Shown: one piece after another, positions 46,335 through 55,509 of the stretch | Position numbering within the stretch: position 1 is the stretch's first letter | Layout of the letters: each line of letters opens with the position of its first letter | IMG/VR virus record: IMGVR_UViG_3300042542_003555 | Span: 32,001-96,000 of that record | DNA: 64,000 bases | Source of the DNA: a virus | Direction: 5' to 3' (one strand) | The notes under the pieces: model-generated | The model's input: only the letters and a program-made list of their open reading frames with translations | Told to the model about the DNA's origin: nothing | Databases searched by the model: none | Made by a program: the position numbers and the translations under genes

Positions 46335-46997
46335 TCAATATTTATTCTGGTGATAATACTTAATAGCTTCTGCTAAACCGTTTAGATGATCTTCGGTTTT
46401 CTCTTTGAAGATAATTGGTGGTGAGTCTTTGACTGCCATAATAATAATAAGATTGTTAATTGGGGTGCCAATTAGTTCTTCATACATCAAAGAGTATGCA
46501 GTAGTTTGCCAAAAGTATTCAAGAATATCATCACGTTTCTTTGCTCTACTGGCAGTCTTAAAGTCAATGATAGATAGTTCACCTTCATATTCTGCTATAC
46601 AGTCTACTCTGCCAGCCATACCTATCGTTGTAGACCAAAGTGCTTGCTCTTGATAGTGTATGTTGTTTATATAGTTCAGATAAGGCTTGATTGAGAGGAA
46701 ATACTCAACAGCATCAGGCATGACACCTTTCATATAATCCTGTTTGTTGTTAAGATAAGCCTCGCAGATAGTGTGTACATTAGTGCCACGTGAGGTTGCT
46801 TGTTTGGAGATACGATTGGCTTCTTCTTCACCAACTCTTGCTCTCCATTCCATAATGGCTTTCTTTTTCTTGGCACCAACAACAGTAGTTACAGATGGTA
46901 GCTTAGTACCATCTGGCAACTTGTAATATCTTTTACCGTCAGGAAAAGTTTCTGATTGAAGGTCTTGTATTTCTTTAGGTGGGCAATAGTTAAACAT
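46335..46997 (-). CDS. PD-(D/E)XK (Cas4-like) phage exonuclease
   Basis: PSVTTV, RGT.VH, AGRVDCIAEY..IIDFKT, Q.TAY. Confidence 0.88.
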   Translation of the reverse strand: MFNYCPPKEIQDLQSETFPDGKRYYKLPDGTKLPSVTTVVGAKKKKAIMEWRARVGEEEANRISKQATSRGTNVHTICEAYLNNKQDYMKGVMPDAVEYFLSIKPYLNYINNIHYQEQALWSTTIGMAGRVDCIAEYEGELSIIDFKTASRAKKRDDILEYFWQTTAYSLMYEELIGTPINNLIIIMAVKDSPPIIFKEKTEDHLNGLAEAIKYYHQNKY

Positions 46998-47653
46998 TAT
47001 TTAAATCCAGGACCACCAACCCAAAGTACCAATGAACGACGAATACCTTTAGTGACTGGTGTAACACGATGTAATGTCCATGATGGGAAGAACCATGCAC
47101 GGCCTTTTTTCTGTTCTAAGTTTCTCACTTCATCATTACCTGTTTTAACATGTAATTCACCACCTTCAAATTCAGATGGGTCGCTTAGTAACAATGACAT
47201 GGACAACTTACGATATGGTGAGTTACCACCAGCAAGAGAGGTATCGGTGTGCCAATCATAGTGACCTTGATCATGCTGTGTGTAAGAACCAAGTTGTGCT
47301 AGTTCATAACAACCAGTCAAATCAAACTGAAAGAATTGTCTATTGGCAGACCAAACCGCATTGGTTATCTTTTGCCAAATATGGTCATTCTTACTATCAA
47401 CACCCATCCATGCAATGTTTGTTCGACGGAATTTTGGATTTACTTCTCCATTAGAACCATATCCTACTTGTGCTGCTGTCTGATCGTGCCATTCTGGTCG
47501 TGATAAAACATAATTAATGTCATCATCAGAAAGAAAACCTTCCCACCAGCACAAGTCATCTTTACCTGGTGCACTAAAAGGTGCAATTGGGTATACCAAC
47601 CCATGTAGAATTACATCACGTTTCACTTTTATCTCACTTTCTATACATGTCAA
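46997..47653 (-). CDS. 2OG-Fe(II) oxygenase (PKHD-type)
   Basis: HYDWHTD, RKLSMSLLLS..FEGGEL, HRVTPVTKG.R.SLV.W. Confidence 0.9.
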   Translation of the reverse strand: MTCIESEIKVKRDVILHGLVYPIAPFSAPGKDDLCWWEGFLSDDDINYVLSRPEWHDQTAAQVGYGSNGEVNPKFRRTNIAWMGVDSKNDHIWQKITNAVWSANRQFFQFDLTGCYELAQLGSYTQHDQGHYDWHTDTSLAGGNSPYRKLSMSLLLSDPSEFEGGELHVKTGNDEVRNLEQKKGRAWFFPSWTLHRVTPVTKGIRRSLVLWVGGPGFK

Positions 47654-48227
47654 TCATACGGTTTCTAACAAATGGATGTTGTCTTTCCCATCTTTTATCA
47701 CCAGCGAATTCTGCAAAAGGTCCACTCGCACGAACAAAATGACAGAATACTTGTCCAGAATAATAATCTTCGGGACCATCACATGGTTTTCTCCAGTGCA
47801 ACAAATCACATCCTTTATACACAACACCATCACCTTCAGCTAAATCAAAACGATGTCCTGCCATATATATGGGCCACGAATAGTGATGAGAACGACCTAG
47901 TTGTATTGTAACAGATATCTCACATGAAGGTCTATCAGAATGTATCTTCAGTTCATCACCATTGCCATATAATCTAGCATAAGAATAGGTAGGAATGAGT
48001 TCTTCTTCAAGAGCATCTTCAAGTCTTGGCCATACTTGTTCTAGGATTGTTTCGCAGGCAAATTCACCATGACCCGCTGCTTTTGAATTTGGTATCTGTG
48101 GATCACCACCTACTCCAAATGCACCTTTAACTGAGAGTAGGTGGGTTAGAAACTTAGATACATCAGGACTGACGAGTCCTCTGAAGTGTAAGACACCTTT
48201 ACTATTAAAATATTCACGGGAACTCAT
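47634..48227 (-). CDS. 2OG-Fe(II) oxygenase-like protein
   Basis: PTYSYARLY..L..HSDRPSCEIS, HWR, QVFCH. Confidence 0.8.
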   Translation of the reverse strand: MSSREYFNSKGVLHFRGLVSPDVSKFLTHLLSVKGAFGVGGDPQIPNSKAAGHGEFACETILEQVWPRLEDALEEELIPTYSYARLYGNGDELKIHSDRPSCEISVTIQLGRSHHYSWPIYMAGHRFDLAEGDGVVYKGCDLLHWRKPCDGPEDYYSGQVFCHFVRASGPFAEFAGDKRWERQHPFVRNRMIDMYRK

Positions 48228-48255
48228 AAAATTTCCTTTCTATTAATTATTTTTT

Positions 48256-48927
48256 TCATGATGTAACTCTACGAACTCGACCAACAGGAGAATTATTTAC
48301 AAATAATTTATTTACAAAGAAAACAAGCGTAAGTCTTGAATCTTGACCTTCGCCAAAGAAGTCTTGTGCTGCGTGATGTAGATGTGAGTCAAAAGCAATT
48401 AAGCGATTATATATGTTCGAAATACGTATCGTTTCTTCAAACTGCGAATTATGTTCTTTTTTATATTGCTTTGCGTTTTCAATACTCATCTTGTTTAGAT
48501 AACTATCTTCTTTATATTGAGTGTTTCGATGAGCATGTTGAAGCACATTTGCTTTCTGACGATAAATTGATGTGCCCCCATTTAAATTAGAATTTGGGGT
48601 GAGATAAATGATACCCGTTACTTGTGATGTTTCTTGATCTGAATGAATCCAACCAGAATCGTAACCTTCATGTACGATTTGAAAATTCATCGAAACATTC
48701 CATTCTATTTGTTCTTCACGAAGTTCATAAAACTGCGAAAAAAACTTTCTGCACGTTAGTTGAAAAAAAGAATCATCAAGTTCATGAATATAATTTGACC
48801 TTAATCCTGGCCAGCGCCCCTTAGAATCAGGTAAATATTCTTGTTGTAAAGCCCATCTGCGTACTTTATCTGGTTCATCGAAGAAATTATCTAGAACAGT
48901 AACAGGAATTGTTTGCATGTATTGCAT
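48256..48927 (-). CDS. 2OG-Fe(II) oxygenase-like protein (DUF6445-like)
   Basis: DNFF..P, WPG.R, WIHSD, IYL, GTS.Y, YNRL..FD..H, RLT. Confidence 0.8.
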   Translation of the reverse strand: MQYMQTIPVTVLDNFFDEPDKVRRWALQQEYLPDSKGRWPGLRSNYIHELDDSFFQLTCRKFFSQFYELREEQIEWNVSMNFQIVHEGYDSGWIHSDQETSQVTGIIYLTPNSNLNGGTSIYRQKANVLQHAHRNTQYKEDSYLNKMSIENAKQYKKEHNSQFEETIRISNIYNRLIAFDSHLHHAAQDFFGEGQDSRLTLVFFVNKLFVNNSPVGRVRRVTS

Positions 48928-48929
48928 AA

Positions 48930-49520
48930 TTATTTTTGTGTGAAATTAACGTCAAATGCGATTGAGATTCTATCTTGATCGGTCAAATTAGGTAAAACAT
49001 AATGTTTAATCCACGAGGGCATAATAATCAACTTACACGGTTCTGGTTTATAATAGACGTTTGACATCGAGCGTTCAATTGATGCTTCTTTAAACGGTTG
49101 TTCAGCGTAGTGATATGAGAATTGTTGAGAAGGATGTTCTAATACGAGATCGCCACAATTTTCATGTCCAGTCACATAGTATACACCAGAAAAGGTCCAA
49201 CCTCTATGGGTATGCGGATTATTTGTGTGACCTTTACCATTAATGTTTACCCAGCAATTATCGATGTTTAATTTTATATCATCTCTAAAATTAAAACCTT
49301 TATGAAGTGTTTCAAGCCGTTGATTGACATTATAAAACAATTCATTTAAAGCTGGAATATAACCAGTTAACTGTGTGCTATGCCATCCACCATAGTTTGA
49401 AAAATGTGATGTTTCACCTTGTTGTTGACGAAGATCGTAACAGAATTTTTTGATCGATTCGTTATCAATTTCAAGCATATCAACAGCAACGGTTGACACA
49501 AAAATATTTTCAACTAGCAT
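48930..49520 (-). CDS. Putative 2OG-Fe(II) oxygenase (TIGR02466-like)
   Basis: SN.GGWHS, WVN.N, HTH..SGVYY, PSW..H.V.PN..RISIAF. Confidence 0.82.
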   Translation of the reverse strand: MLVENIFVSTVAVDMLEIDNESIKKFCYDLRQQQGETSHFSNYGGWHSTQLTGYIPALNELFYNVNQRLETLHKGFNFRDDIKLNIDNCWVNINGKGHTNNPHTHRGWTFSGVYYVTGHENCGDLVLEHPSQQFSYHYAEQPFKEASIERSMSNVYYKPEPCKLIIMPSWIKHYVLPNLTDQDRISIAFDVNFTQK

Positions 49521-49560
49521 TGATAATAATTGTTGAAGTTTTCATAATATAATAGTTTGT

Positions 49561-50100
49561 CTAATGTTTATACCAATACCATATATTTTCAGATATATGA
49601 ATTTCATGCATCATATTGTTTTCTCTTTTAAACTTAAAGAGAGCGTCATTCACACCATCAATACTAAAATCGTCGCCAGAAAATAGTCCGCCAATTTTTA
49701 CTTTAGGATACCAAGTAACAATATCATTATATACAGATTCAAAAGAATGGTTACCATCAATAAAAACAAAATCTAAACTTTCGTCTTCAAAACTGTCAGA
49801 AGCTTCTAAAGATGTTTTTATGATTAATTCTACATTATCTAAATTTGATACATTATCTTGCGCTTGTTTTTTAGCGGGTTCTAACGAATCTATATCAACA
49901 AATCTTTTCCAATTACCATAAGGTTGATATGGGTCGATTCCATATATTTTTTTTATATTAGGACATTCGATAGCGAGTCTTTTTAAATTTTCGCCTTCCC
50001 AAACACCAATCTCAACACCTACAATATCAGTAGTTGAATTTTTTATGAGATTTATTAATGTGTTTTTACTTTTCGATGATCCAACATTAATACTCGACAA
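49561..50100 (-). CDS. Class I SAM-dependent methyltransferase (Methyltransf_24-like)
   Basis: VEIGVWEG, IDPY, LDFVFIDGNH, GG...GDD; start probably the TTG at 50100 behind GGGAG. Confidence 0.8.
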   Translation of the reverse strand: MSSINVGSSKSKNTLINLIKNSTTDIVGVEIGVWEGENLKRLAIECPNIKKIYGIDPYQPYGNWKRFVDIDSLEPAKKQAQDNVSNLDNVELIIKTSLEASDSFEDESLDFVFIDGNHSFESVYNDIVTWYPKVKIGGLFSGDDFSIDGVNDALFKFKRENNMMHEIHISENIWYWYKH

Positions 50101-50797
50101 CAATAACTCCCGCAAATCCAGTTTGACCAGCACTTGGACTAGGACTACCCGCTCCACCTCTACCATATGAACCCAAAATACTTTGACCTCCACCTGCAGC
50201 ACTGAGGTCACCAAAAGCAACGGTTGGGCCAGCTACGCCGGAAATTGCATCACCTAGACTGCCTGTAAAATTTAAATCACCATTCGTTCCCGATCCACCA
50301 TTCCCACCTGTAGATCCGCCAGTAGCACTTACCGTAACTGTTGGTGCTGGAGACGCTGGATTATATGGTCCAAAAGAAGATGTCCCACCAGAACCGCCTA
50401 CCGTAAGAGGAACTGTCGTTCCACCGGTTACTGAGAAAATTTTAATAGCACCTCCACCACCCCCGCCCCCACGACCGGAGTAACACGCTGTAAAAGATAG
50501 GGGTGGCTCACCACCTTGTGACGCCGACGCACTTGCACCAGTTCCTCCTTGTCCACCACCACCGACAACCGTTACCTTAGCCTTTGTTGTACTTGGTGGT
50601 GCTTGCCATGATGATGGACCCGGAGATGTAAATGCTGAAATATTTGTGAAACCACCCGATGGAATTACACCTGGTGCAATCTGTGGTGCTGTAATAGTTC
50701 CAGTGATATTAGCAGCAGCAACGGCTCCAGTAAATCCAAAACGTTGCGTGGAATTATCGTTAAATATTAAAGTCGTTCCGTTTGCAGTAATTGCCAT
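50087..50797 (-). CDS. Orphan Gly-rich fibre-tip/adhesin-like protein
   Basis: Paralog of the C-terminus of 9794..11014; PPSTTKAKVTVVGGGG..GVIVVEY. Confidence 0.7.
   Translation of the reverse strand: MAITANGTTLIFNDNSTQRFGFTGAVAAANITGTITAPQIAPGVIPSGGFTNISAFTSPGPSSWQAPPSTTKAKVTVVGGGGQGGTGASASASQGGEPPLSFTACYSGRGGGGGGGAIKIFSVTGGTTVPLTVGGSGGTSSFGPYNPASPAPTVTVSATGGSTGGNGGSGTNGDLNFTGSLGDAISGVAGPTVAFGDLSAAGGGQSILGSYGRGGAGSPSPSAGQTGFAGVIVVEY
50652..50689. repeat. 38-bp exact repeat of 10422..10459
   Basis: ccacccgatggaattacacctggtgcaatctgtggtgc at both sites. Confidence 0.9.
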
Positions 50798-50810
50798 TTT
50801 AACCTCTTAA

Positions 50811-51533
50811 TCAGTTGTTTTGTAACAATTGTTCTTTGATTTTTAAGTATTCTTTGACGAAACCACTACGAACAATGTCTTCTAACCCAAATTTGATGTG
50901 GTGAACGTCATCCATCTTGTCCAGTATATTTATAATGTCAGGGAATCCGCTTTTCTCTTTCTTCAGGTTCAAGTCATTTTGATTATAATCGCCACACAAT
51001 ACAAACCTACAGTTCTCACCTATACGAGTCAAAACGGTATCTATCTCATGGAAAGTTGCTGACTGAAACTCATCAAATATAATAATGCAATCCCTAAATG
51101 TCAACCCACGCAGAAAGCTGGTAGTCTGAAACTCAATGATTTCTTTGTTCATCAAAAAGTGCCATGCGTCACCACGACCTATCAATTCATTGACAATATT
51201 CTGATACGGCTCCTGATATATCTTTGCTTTTTCCTCAAGCGTACCTGGTACAAATCCCAAATCTCTTGATGGTACCGCAGAACGAATTATAATGATCCGA
51301 TTGTAATGAGAACTATCTTCCAACAAATCTTTTAATCCAAGATACATGGCAAGAAAAGACTTACCTGATCCTGCTGATCCCGATAAAACTAAATGATTAC
51401 CTGCTTCATATGCTTCAAATGTTCTTTCTTGATTCTCCGTTAATGGTTTGATTTTTTTAAGTGAAAAATGTTGTGATTTGGCTTCTGCTGATGCTGTTCT
51501 TTTTCTTGGCGCCAATTGTTTCTCCTTTACCAT
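50811..51533 (-). CDS. phoH: PhoH-family ATPase
   Basis: GSAGSGKS, RSAVP.R.LGFVPG, SFLRGLTF, DEFQ, TRIGE, DIVRSG. Confidence 0.95.
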   Translation of the reverse strand: MVKEKQLAPRKRTASAEAKSQHFSLKKIKPLTENQERTFEAYEAGNHLVLSGSAGSGKSFLAMYLGLKDLLEDSSHYNRIIIIRSAVPSRDLGFVPGTLEEKAKIYQEPYQNIVNELIGRGDAWHFLMNKEIIEFQTTSFLRGLTFRDCIIIFDEFQSATFHEIDTVLTRIGENCRFVLCGDYNQNDLNLKKEKSGFPDIINILDKMDDVHHIKFGLEDIVRSGFVKEYLKIKEQLLQNN

Positions 51534-51802
51534 TCTCTGGGCATTTTAGTTTTATGTCCTGCCTTTACCGTATTGTGTGGAACTTTCTCTTTGATGCGGC
51601 CTATAATCTCCCTTTCGAATCGTGCATCGGGTTGACCAATACCTGGTACAGACATACGCATACCATCTCCAAGAATAGGAGACTCTATAATATGTCTTTC
51701 TAGGTGGGGATTGTTTGCTTTGAATTCATCATACTGAGATATTCTCATAGTATATTCTTCAATTTCATCCGTGTTTCTGTTCAAGAATTCGTAAGTTGGC
51801 AT
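51527..51802 (-). CDS. Conserved T4-like hypothetical protein
   Basis: MPTYEF.N..T.E..E...NPHL pattern, commonly next to phoH. Confidence 0.65.
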   Translation of the reverse strand: MPTYEFLNRNTDEIEEYTMRISQYDEFKANNPHLERHIIESPILGDGMRMSVPGIGQPDARFEREIIGRIKEKVPHNTVKAGHKTKMPREW

Positions 51803-52050
51803 AGTGTCATATCAGCAGGTTTATCATTAATAATTGCAGTAGATGTTATCTTATTTATTTCAAGATACCCATGACATACAATGTTCCAATGTTGGCCATC
51901 ATCATCTACTAGTCCTTTTGATGGTACATTTATCTCAACAGATTTACATATGTATTCTCTACCATTCTCAAAGACACGCCATGCATGGTCAACGGTACCT
52001 CTACCTGGCTGTCCTCTTGTTTGATTGAATCTGATTTTATATTCGTTCAT
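51781..52050 (-). CDS. Hypothetical protein
   Basis: IRFN..RG..GR..H.WRVFE.G. Confidence 0.6.
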   Translation of the reverse strand: MNEYKIRFNQTRGQPGRGTVDHAWRVFENGREYICKSVEINVPSKGLVDDDGQHWNIVCHGYLEINKITSTAIINDKPADMTLCQLTNS

Positions 52051-52685
52051 ATGATAATTGGTTCTGGTTGAGGTTGATAGTTAGTATTTCTACCCACACC
52101 TAAATTGAAATGAATAAAGCGGAATGGATTATCATTTGCATTTCTTGTGAAGCCATGAGGCAACCATGAATTAGTAAAGTATAACATACCCGGTTGCATT
52201 TGAAAATAGACAGATTGATTGGCTTCAGTTAATGTATTCATATCTTTAGCCCACATACTAATCTGTCGTTTAGCTGGTCTAGGATCATGCACAATGAACT
52301 GACAACTATTTTCTGGTACATCAAGACAATATATGCCCGTCAATTGATTACCAAAACCATGTACGTGTTCATCATGCCCAGAATATTTTTCATGTTCTTG
52401 ACACCAAAACTCTTTGCAGATAACTGTCCAACCATCCATGTTGTAGCCTTGTGATGCAAGAATGTTCCATCCTGTGCCACATAGGTATTCAATCATAGGA
52501 TACAATCTAGCATCATCCATATATTCTGTCATATGAACAGGATATACAGGGTTGGATGTTGTGTCTTTTCTTGTTTTTGCTAAGTAGGCGTAGGATACTT
52601 CTCTTGCCACATCTAGATATTCTGGTCGTTCTATCCAATACACGTTGGATGGAAACAAACTTTGCGTAGACATTTCATTATTCAT
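52047..52685 (-). CDS. Putative 2OG-Fe(II) oxygenase (TIGR02466-like)
   Basis: HVH, HDPRP, NSWLPH, FRFIHFN. Confidence 0.75.
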   Translation of the reverse strand: MNNEMSTQSLFPSNVYWIERPEYLDVAREVSYAYLAKTRKDTTSNPVYPVHMTEYMDDARLYPMIEYLCGTGWNILASQGYNMDGWTVICKEFWCQEHEKYSGHDEHVHGFGNQLTGIYCLDVPENSCQFIVHDPRPAKRQISMWAKDMNTLTEANQSVYFQMQPGMLYFTNSWLPHGFTRNANDNPFRFIHFNLGVGRNTNYQPQPEPIII

Positions 52686-52767
52686 AGTTCAATCTCTCAT
52701 AAAACACAGGCTAATTATATATTATTATTTAACAGTAATCAAGTTATTTTTTAACTTACTCCAGTAT

Positions 52768-53484
52768 TTAGTTCCAATAGTTAGAGTAGTTGAGATTTTT
52801 CCAATAGTTCTCATCATTCCGATACCAAAAGTTTTTAATTAGATACCGAGCCATTCCAAAGTAACCCATCTTTCTGAATCGTCTGCTATCTTGACCAAAA
52901 TAATGATTGACTATTTTAAATTTCTTAGTATCATATTTCTTGGATAAGAAAAAATCTTCACTTGTACCATACTTTTCACCAAACCCACCATATTCCCAAA
53001 ATCTATCTGTTCTGGTCAACATAAAAGCACCAACAGCAAAAGGTGACCAGTGTTTCAAAATATTGTTAATCATATTGAATACCATAAAACCAATTTGCGT
53101 TCTGATATCATCATCATAACATTTGATATTTAATCCAATCAAATCTAAATTCTCTTTTTCTATCGCATTAACGCAATCTACTATAACTGAATGATTGAAA
53201 AATCTAACGTCACTATCTATAAACAAGACATAAGGTGTATTGACAAGCCTAGCGCCATTGTTTTTTGCTGTAGATACAGGTCCGCCATCTATGATCTCAA
53301 CATTCAAATCACCTTTTCTATCATTTATAACATTTCTTGTATTGTCTGTAGATGCATCTGCAATGATAACTTTAGTGTTGCCTATATTCTGCATTTGTAA
53401 GTGTTCAAGCAAATACGAAATATAGTCTTCCTCATTTTTACAAGGAACAACTATAGTAATTTTATCTTTTAGATTTTCTGACAT
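52768..53484 (-). CDS. Family 2 glycosyltransferase
   Basis: IVVPCKNEE, IIADASTD, KNNGA, FIDSD, SED. Confidence 0.88.
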   Translation of the reverse strand: MSENLKDKITIVVPCKNEEDYISYLLEHLQMQNIGNTKVIIADASTDNTRNVINDRKGDLNVEIIDGGPVSTAKNNGARLVNTPYVLFIDSDVRFFNHSVIVDCVNAIEKENLDLIGLNIKCYDDDIRTQIGFMVFNMINNILKHWSPFAVGAFMLTRTDRFWEYGGFGEKYGTSEDFFLSKKYDTKKFKIVNHYFGQDSRRFRKMGYFGMARYLIKNFWYRNDENYWKNLNYSNYWN

Positions 53485-53639
53485 TTACCTTCAACCTTAA
53501 AATTATCAAACTTTAATTTGTAAGTCATGGTACTCAACACCTGTTCACATTCGGTTTGAGTTTGGAATTGTAAATTAATTTTTCCCGGTATGTCTTTTGG
53601 ATCGGTCACGTGGACCGCTATCAATATCATCAACCACAT
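53469..53639 (-). CDS. Small exported two-Cys protein (56 aa)
   Basis: Not in track: MWLMILIAVHVTDPKDIPGKINLQFQTQTECEQVLSTMTYKLKFDNFKVEGKCQKI; fills the gap between the phosphoesterase and GT2 genes. Confidence 0.6.
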   Translation of the reverse strand: MWLMILIAVHVTDPKDIPGKINLQFQTQTECEQVLSTMTYKLKFDNFKVEGKCQKI

Positions 53640-54390
53640 TATCGCTCTCCTGTGTCCATGTGACTATTTCCCATCTGCCATCATGATGTTCAACAAGTGC
53701 AGTCAACGATTCAACCCAATCGCCGTCATTCATATAGGTAACACCGTCAATTTCTTTTATCTCCGCATGATGAATATGCCCACATATAACACCATCATAA
53801 CCTTTCTTTTTACAATATGTTGCAAGATTTTTCTCAAACTGAAAAATAAAATCTATAGCTTTTTTTACTTTACGCTTAAGGAAACTAGAAAGGCTCCAAT
53901 AATTAAGACCAATTCTATGTAAGAACCAATTATATCTATTATTAATTGATAGGATAAAGTCATATGCTTTGTCTCCAAGAAATGACAACCAAGGTGCTAA
54001 CCGTGTGATGCCATCAAATAAATCACCGTGAACTACAAGATAATGTTTCCCATCGGCACCGATGTGTTCACACTGATTAGTAATTTCAACCATTCCAAAC
54101 CCAAGGCCATACTGAAGGTAAGGTCTTAAAAATTCATCGTGGTTCCCTATAACGTAAACTACTTTTGTACCACGTTTTGCATGGCCTAGTATTCTACGAA
54201 CAACGTTGGTGTGTGATTGTTTCCAACGCCATTTGTTTTGTTTTATTTTCCATGCGTCAATTATATCACCAACCAGATATAATGTTTCGCAGGTATTATG
54301 TTTGAGAAAATTATTGAGTGCTTCAGCCTTGCAGTCTTTAGTACCAAGGTGAACGTCTGAGATAAAAATACTACGGTAAGTTTTGTCCAT
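53575..54390 (-). CDS. PlcP/LpxH2-type metallophosphoesterase
   Basis: SDVHLG, GDIID.W, GNHD, HGD.FD, GHIH, N.GDWVES. Confidence 0.85.
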   Translation of the reverse strand: MDKTYRSIFISDVHLGTKDCKAEALNNFLKHNTCETLYLVGDIIDAWKIKQNKWRWKQSHTNVVRRILGHAKRGTKVVYVIGNHDEFLRPYLQYGLGFGMVEITNQCEHIGADGKHYLVVHGDLFDGITRLAPWLSFLGDKAYDFILSINNRYNWFLHRIGLNYWSLSSFLKRKVKKAIDFIFQFEKNLATYCKKKGYDGVICGHIHHAEIKEIDGVTYMNDGDWVESLTALVEHHDGRWEIVTWTQESDNVVDDIDSGPRDRSKRHTGKN

Positions 54391-54410
54391 CTATACACCT
54401 AAAAAATTTA

Positions 54411-54428
54411 TCGTAACGGAATTGTCAC
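54411..54428. promoter_or_regulatory. Pho-box-like direct repeat
   Basis: TCGTAAC-ggaa-TTGTCAC (11-bp period) 20 nt upstream of the phosphoesterase start; reads on the plus strand. Confidence 0.4.
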
Positions 54429-54443
54429 AATAAAGAATTTTTT

Positions 54444-55052
54444 TTAAGCGTATAGACCTAACTCTTGATTGATATCGACCATCTTCTGGAGACAACCTTC
54501 AGTATACCATTTAGGTATAGGTCTTGAATTCACTTTACCTTTCCATGATGCAAGATGCGTCTTATTATTTATATAATAATTTCTGTAAGAAGCAATAGAA
54601 TTACCAGAAATTTTTACGTCATCAGGCATGGCAGGTGTAGGTTCAGTAAATACTCTATCATTAGGAATATTCTTAGGATGAATTCTCAATGCTTGTACTA
54701 GGCCTATCTGCTCACACTTATGTACCTTACCGTAACGATAAGTGTATTCTTTACAGAGAGCCATCAACAAGTGAACAAGCCAATCATAGTTTGCTGCTGA
54801 TTGTCTTGCCCAAACAGCAGATGGGTGACTGATATGAGTAGCAGAGTAGTAGATATTCTCCATCTCATTGTTCAGTACCCAACGCTTAACATTACGGCCA
54901 GTTTTTGACTTGGCTTGAGTTTCTGTACCATCTAGAATACGGTGAGCCGTAGAGAGTAACTGACAGTATTCTAGAATCATTTTTATAGTGTGCTTGTCGT
55001 TATGCATTTCGGCACACTTCACGGGATCATTATGTAGGTAAAAGATATTCAT
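54444..55052 (-). CDS. Pyrimidine-dimer DNA glycosylase/DenV-like family protein
   Basis: MNIFYL..P..CA..H.DKH..KMILEY.QLLSTAH..THISHPS..W..EY..RYGK.H. Confidence 0.7.
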   Translation of the reverse strand: MNIFYLHNDPVKCAEMHNDKHTIKMILEYCQLLSTAHRILDGTETQAKSKTGRNVKRWVLNNEMENIYYSATHISHPSAVWARQSAANYDWLVHLLMALCKEYTYRYGKVHKCEQIGLVQALRIHPKNIPNDRVFTEPTPAMPDDVKISGNSIASYRNYYINNKTHLASWKGKVNSRPIPKWYTEGCLQKMVDINQELGLYA

Positions 55053-55054
55053 AA

Positions 55055-55327
55055 TTAGAGTTTAGGAATCTCCAGTTTTTCATTCTTATCTTTTTTGGGA
55101 AAACGTGCAGCAATAGATTCTGCCGTTACTGTTTGCATTGCAAATTGTTTGAACTGTTCATAACTATCTTTTACGGGATAAGCTGATTTACCATTAACAG
55201 CAGCAGAATCAGCAAAGAACAATACGCAACCACCAGCAGCAAGTGGAGCAATCTCAATGATATCATCAAGATTGATGATTACTTTACAGCCTTTTTCTAC
55301 GGAATCAACTTCAACGAATGTAGCCAT
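55055..55327 (-). CDS. Hypothetical protein
   Basis: ORF with RBS in operon. Confidence 0.6.
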   Translation of the reverse strand: MATFVEVDSVEKGCKVIINLDDIIEIAPLAAGGCVLFFADSAAVNGKSAYPVKDSYEQFKQFAMQTVTAESIAARFPKKDKNEKLEIPKL

Positions 55328-55500
55328 TATGCCTCCAAATCGGGTTTAGAATTATCTTTAATCTTTGCTTGTTTTGCTTTCGCCTGAGCAATTTCAGCTT
55401 CAATCATTTTTTCTTTCATGAAGTGAATTTTTTCTATTGGCGTTACCATTAGCATTCTTTTTGTTTCTTTTGACATTTTATAACTAGAATTAAGTTTCAC
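55327..55500 (-). CDS. Hypothetical protein (57 aa, GTG start)
   Basis: Not in track; AGGAG RBS, MKLNSSYKMSKETKRML..., TAATG coupling to the next gene. Confidence 0.55.
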   Translation of the reverse strand: MKLNSSYKMSKETKRMLMVTPIEKIHFMKEKMIEAEIAQAKAKQAKIKDNSKPDLEA

Positions 55501-55509
55501 ATTTTCTCC

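Noticed and set aside
46335-46997. CRISPR-associated cas4
   Set aside because: No array or other cas genes; this is the common T4-like exonuclease
50040-50100. Frameshift at the methyltransferase start (the TAATG-coupled ATG gives only MLDHRKVKTH)
   Set aside because: An in-frame TTG at 50100 with a GGGAG RBS explains the gene without recoding
8627-50797. Diversity-generating retroelement acting on the Gly-rich paralogues
   Set aside because: No reverse transcriptase in the window, and the differences are not adenine-specific
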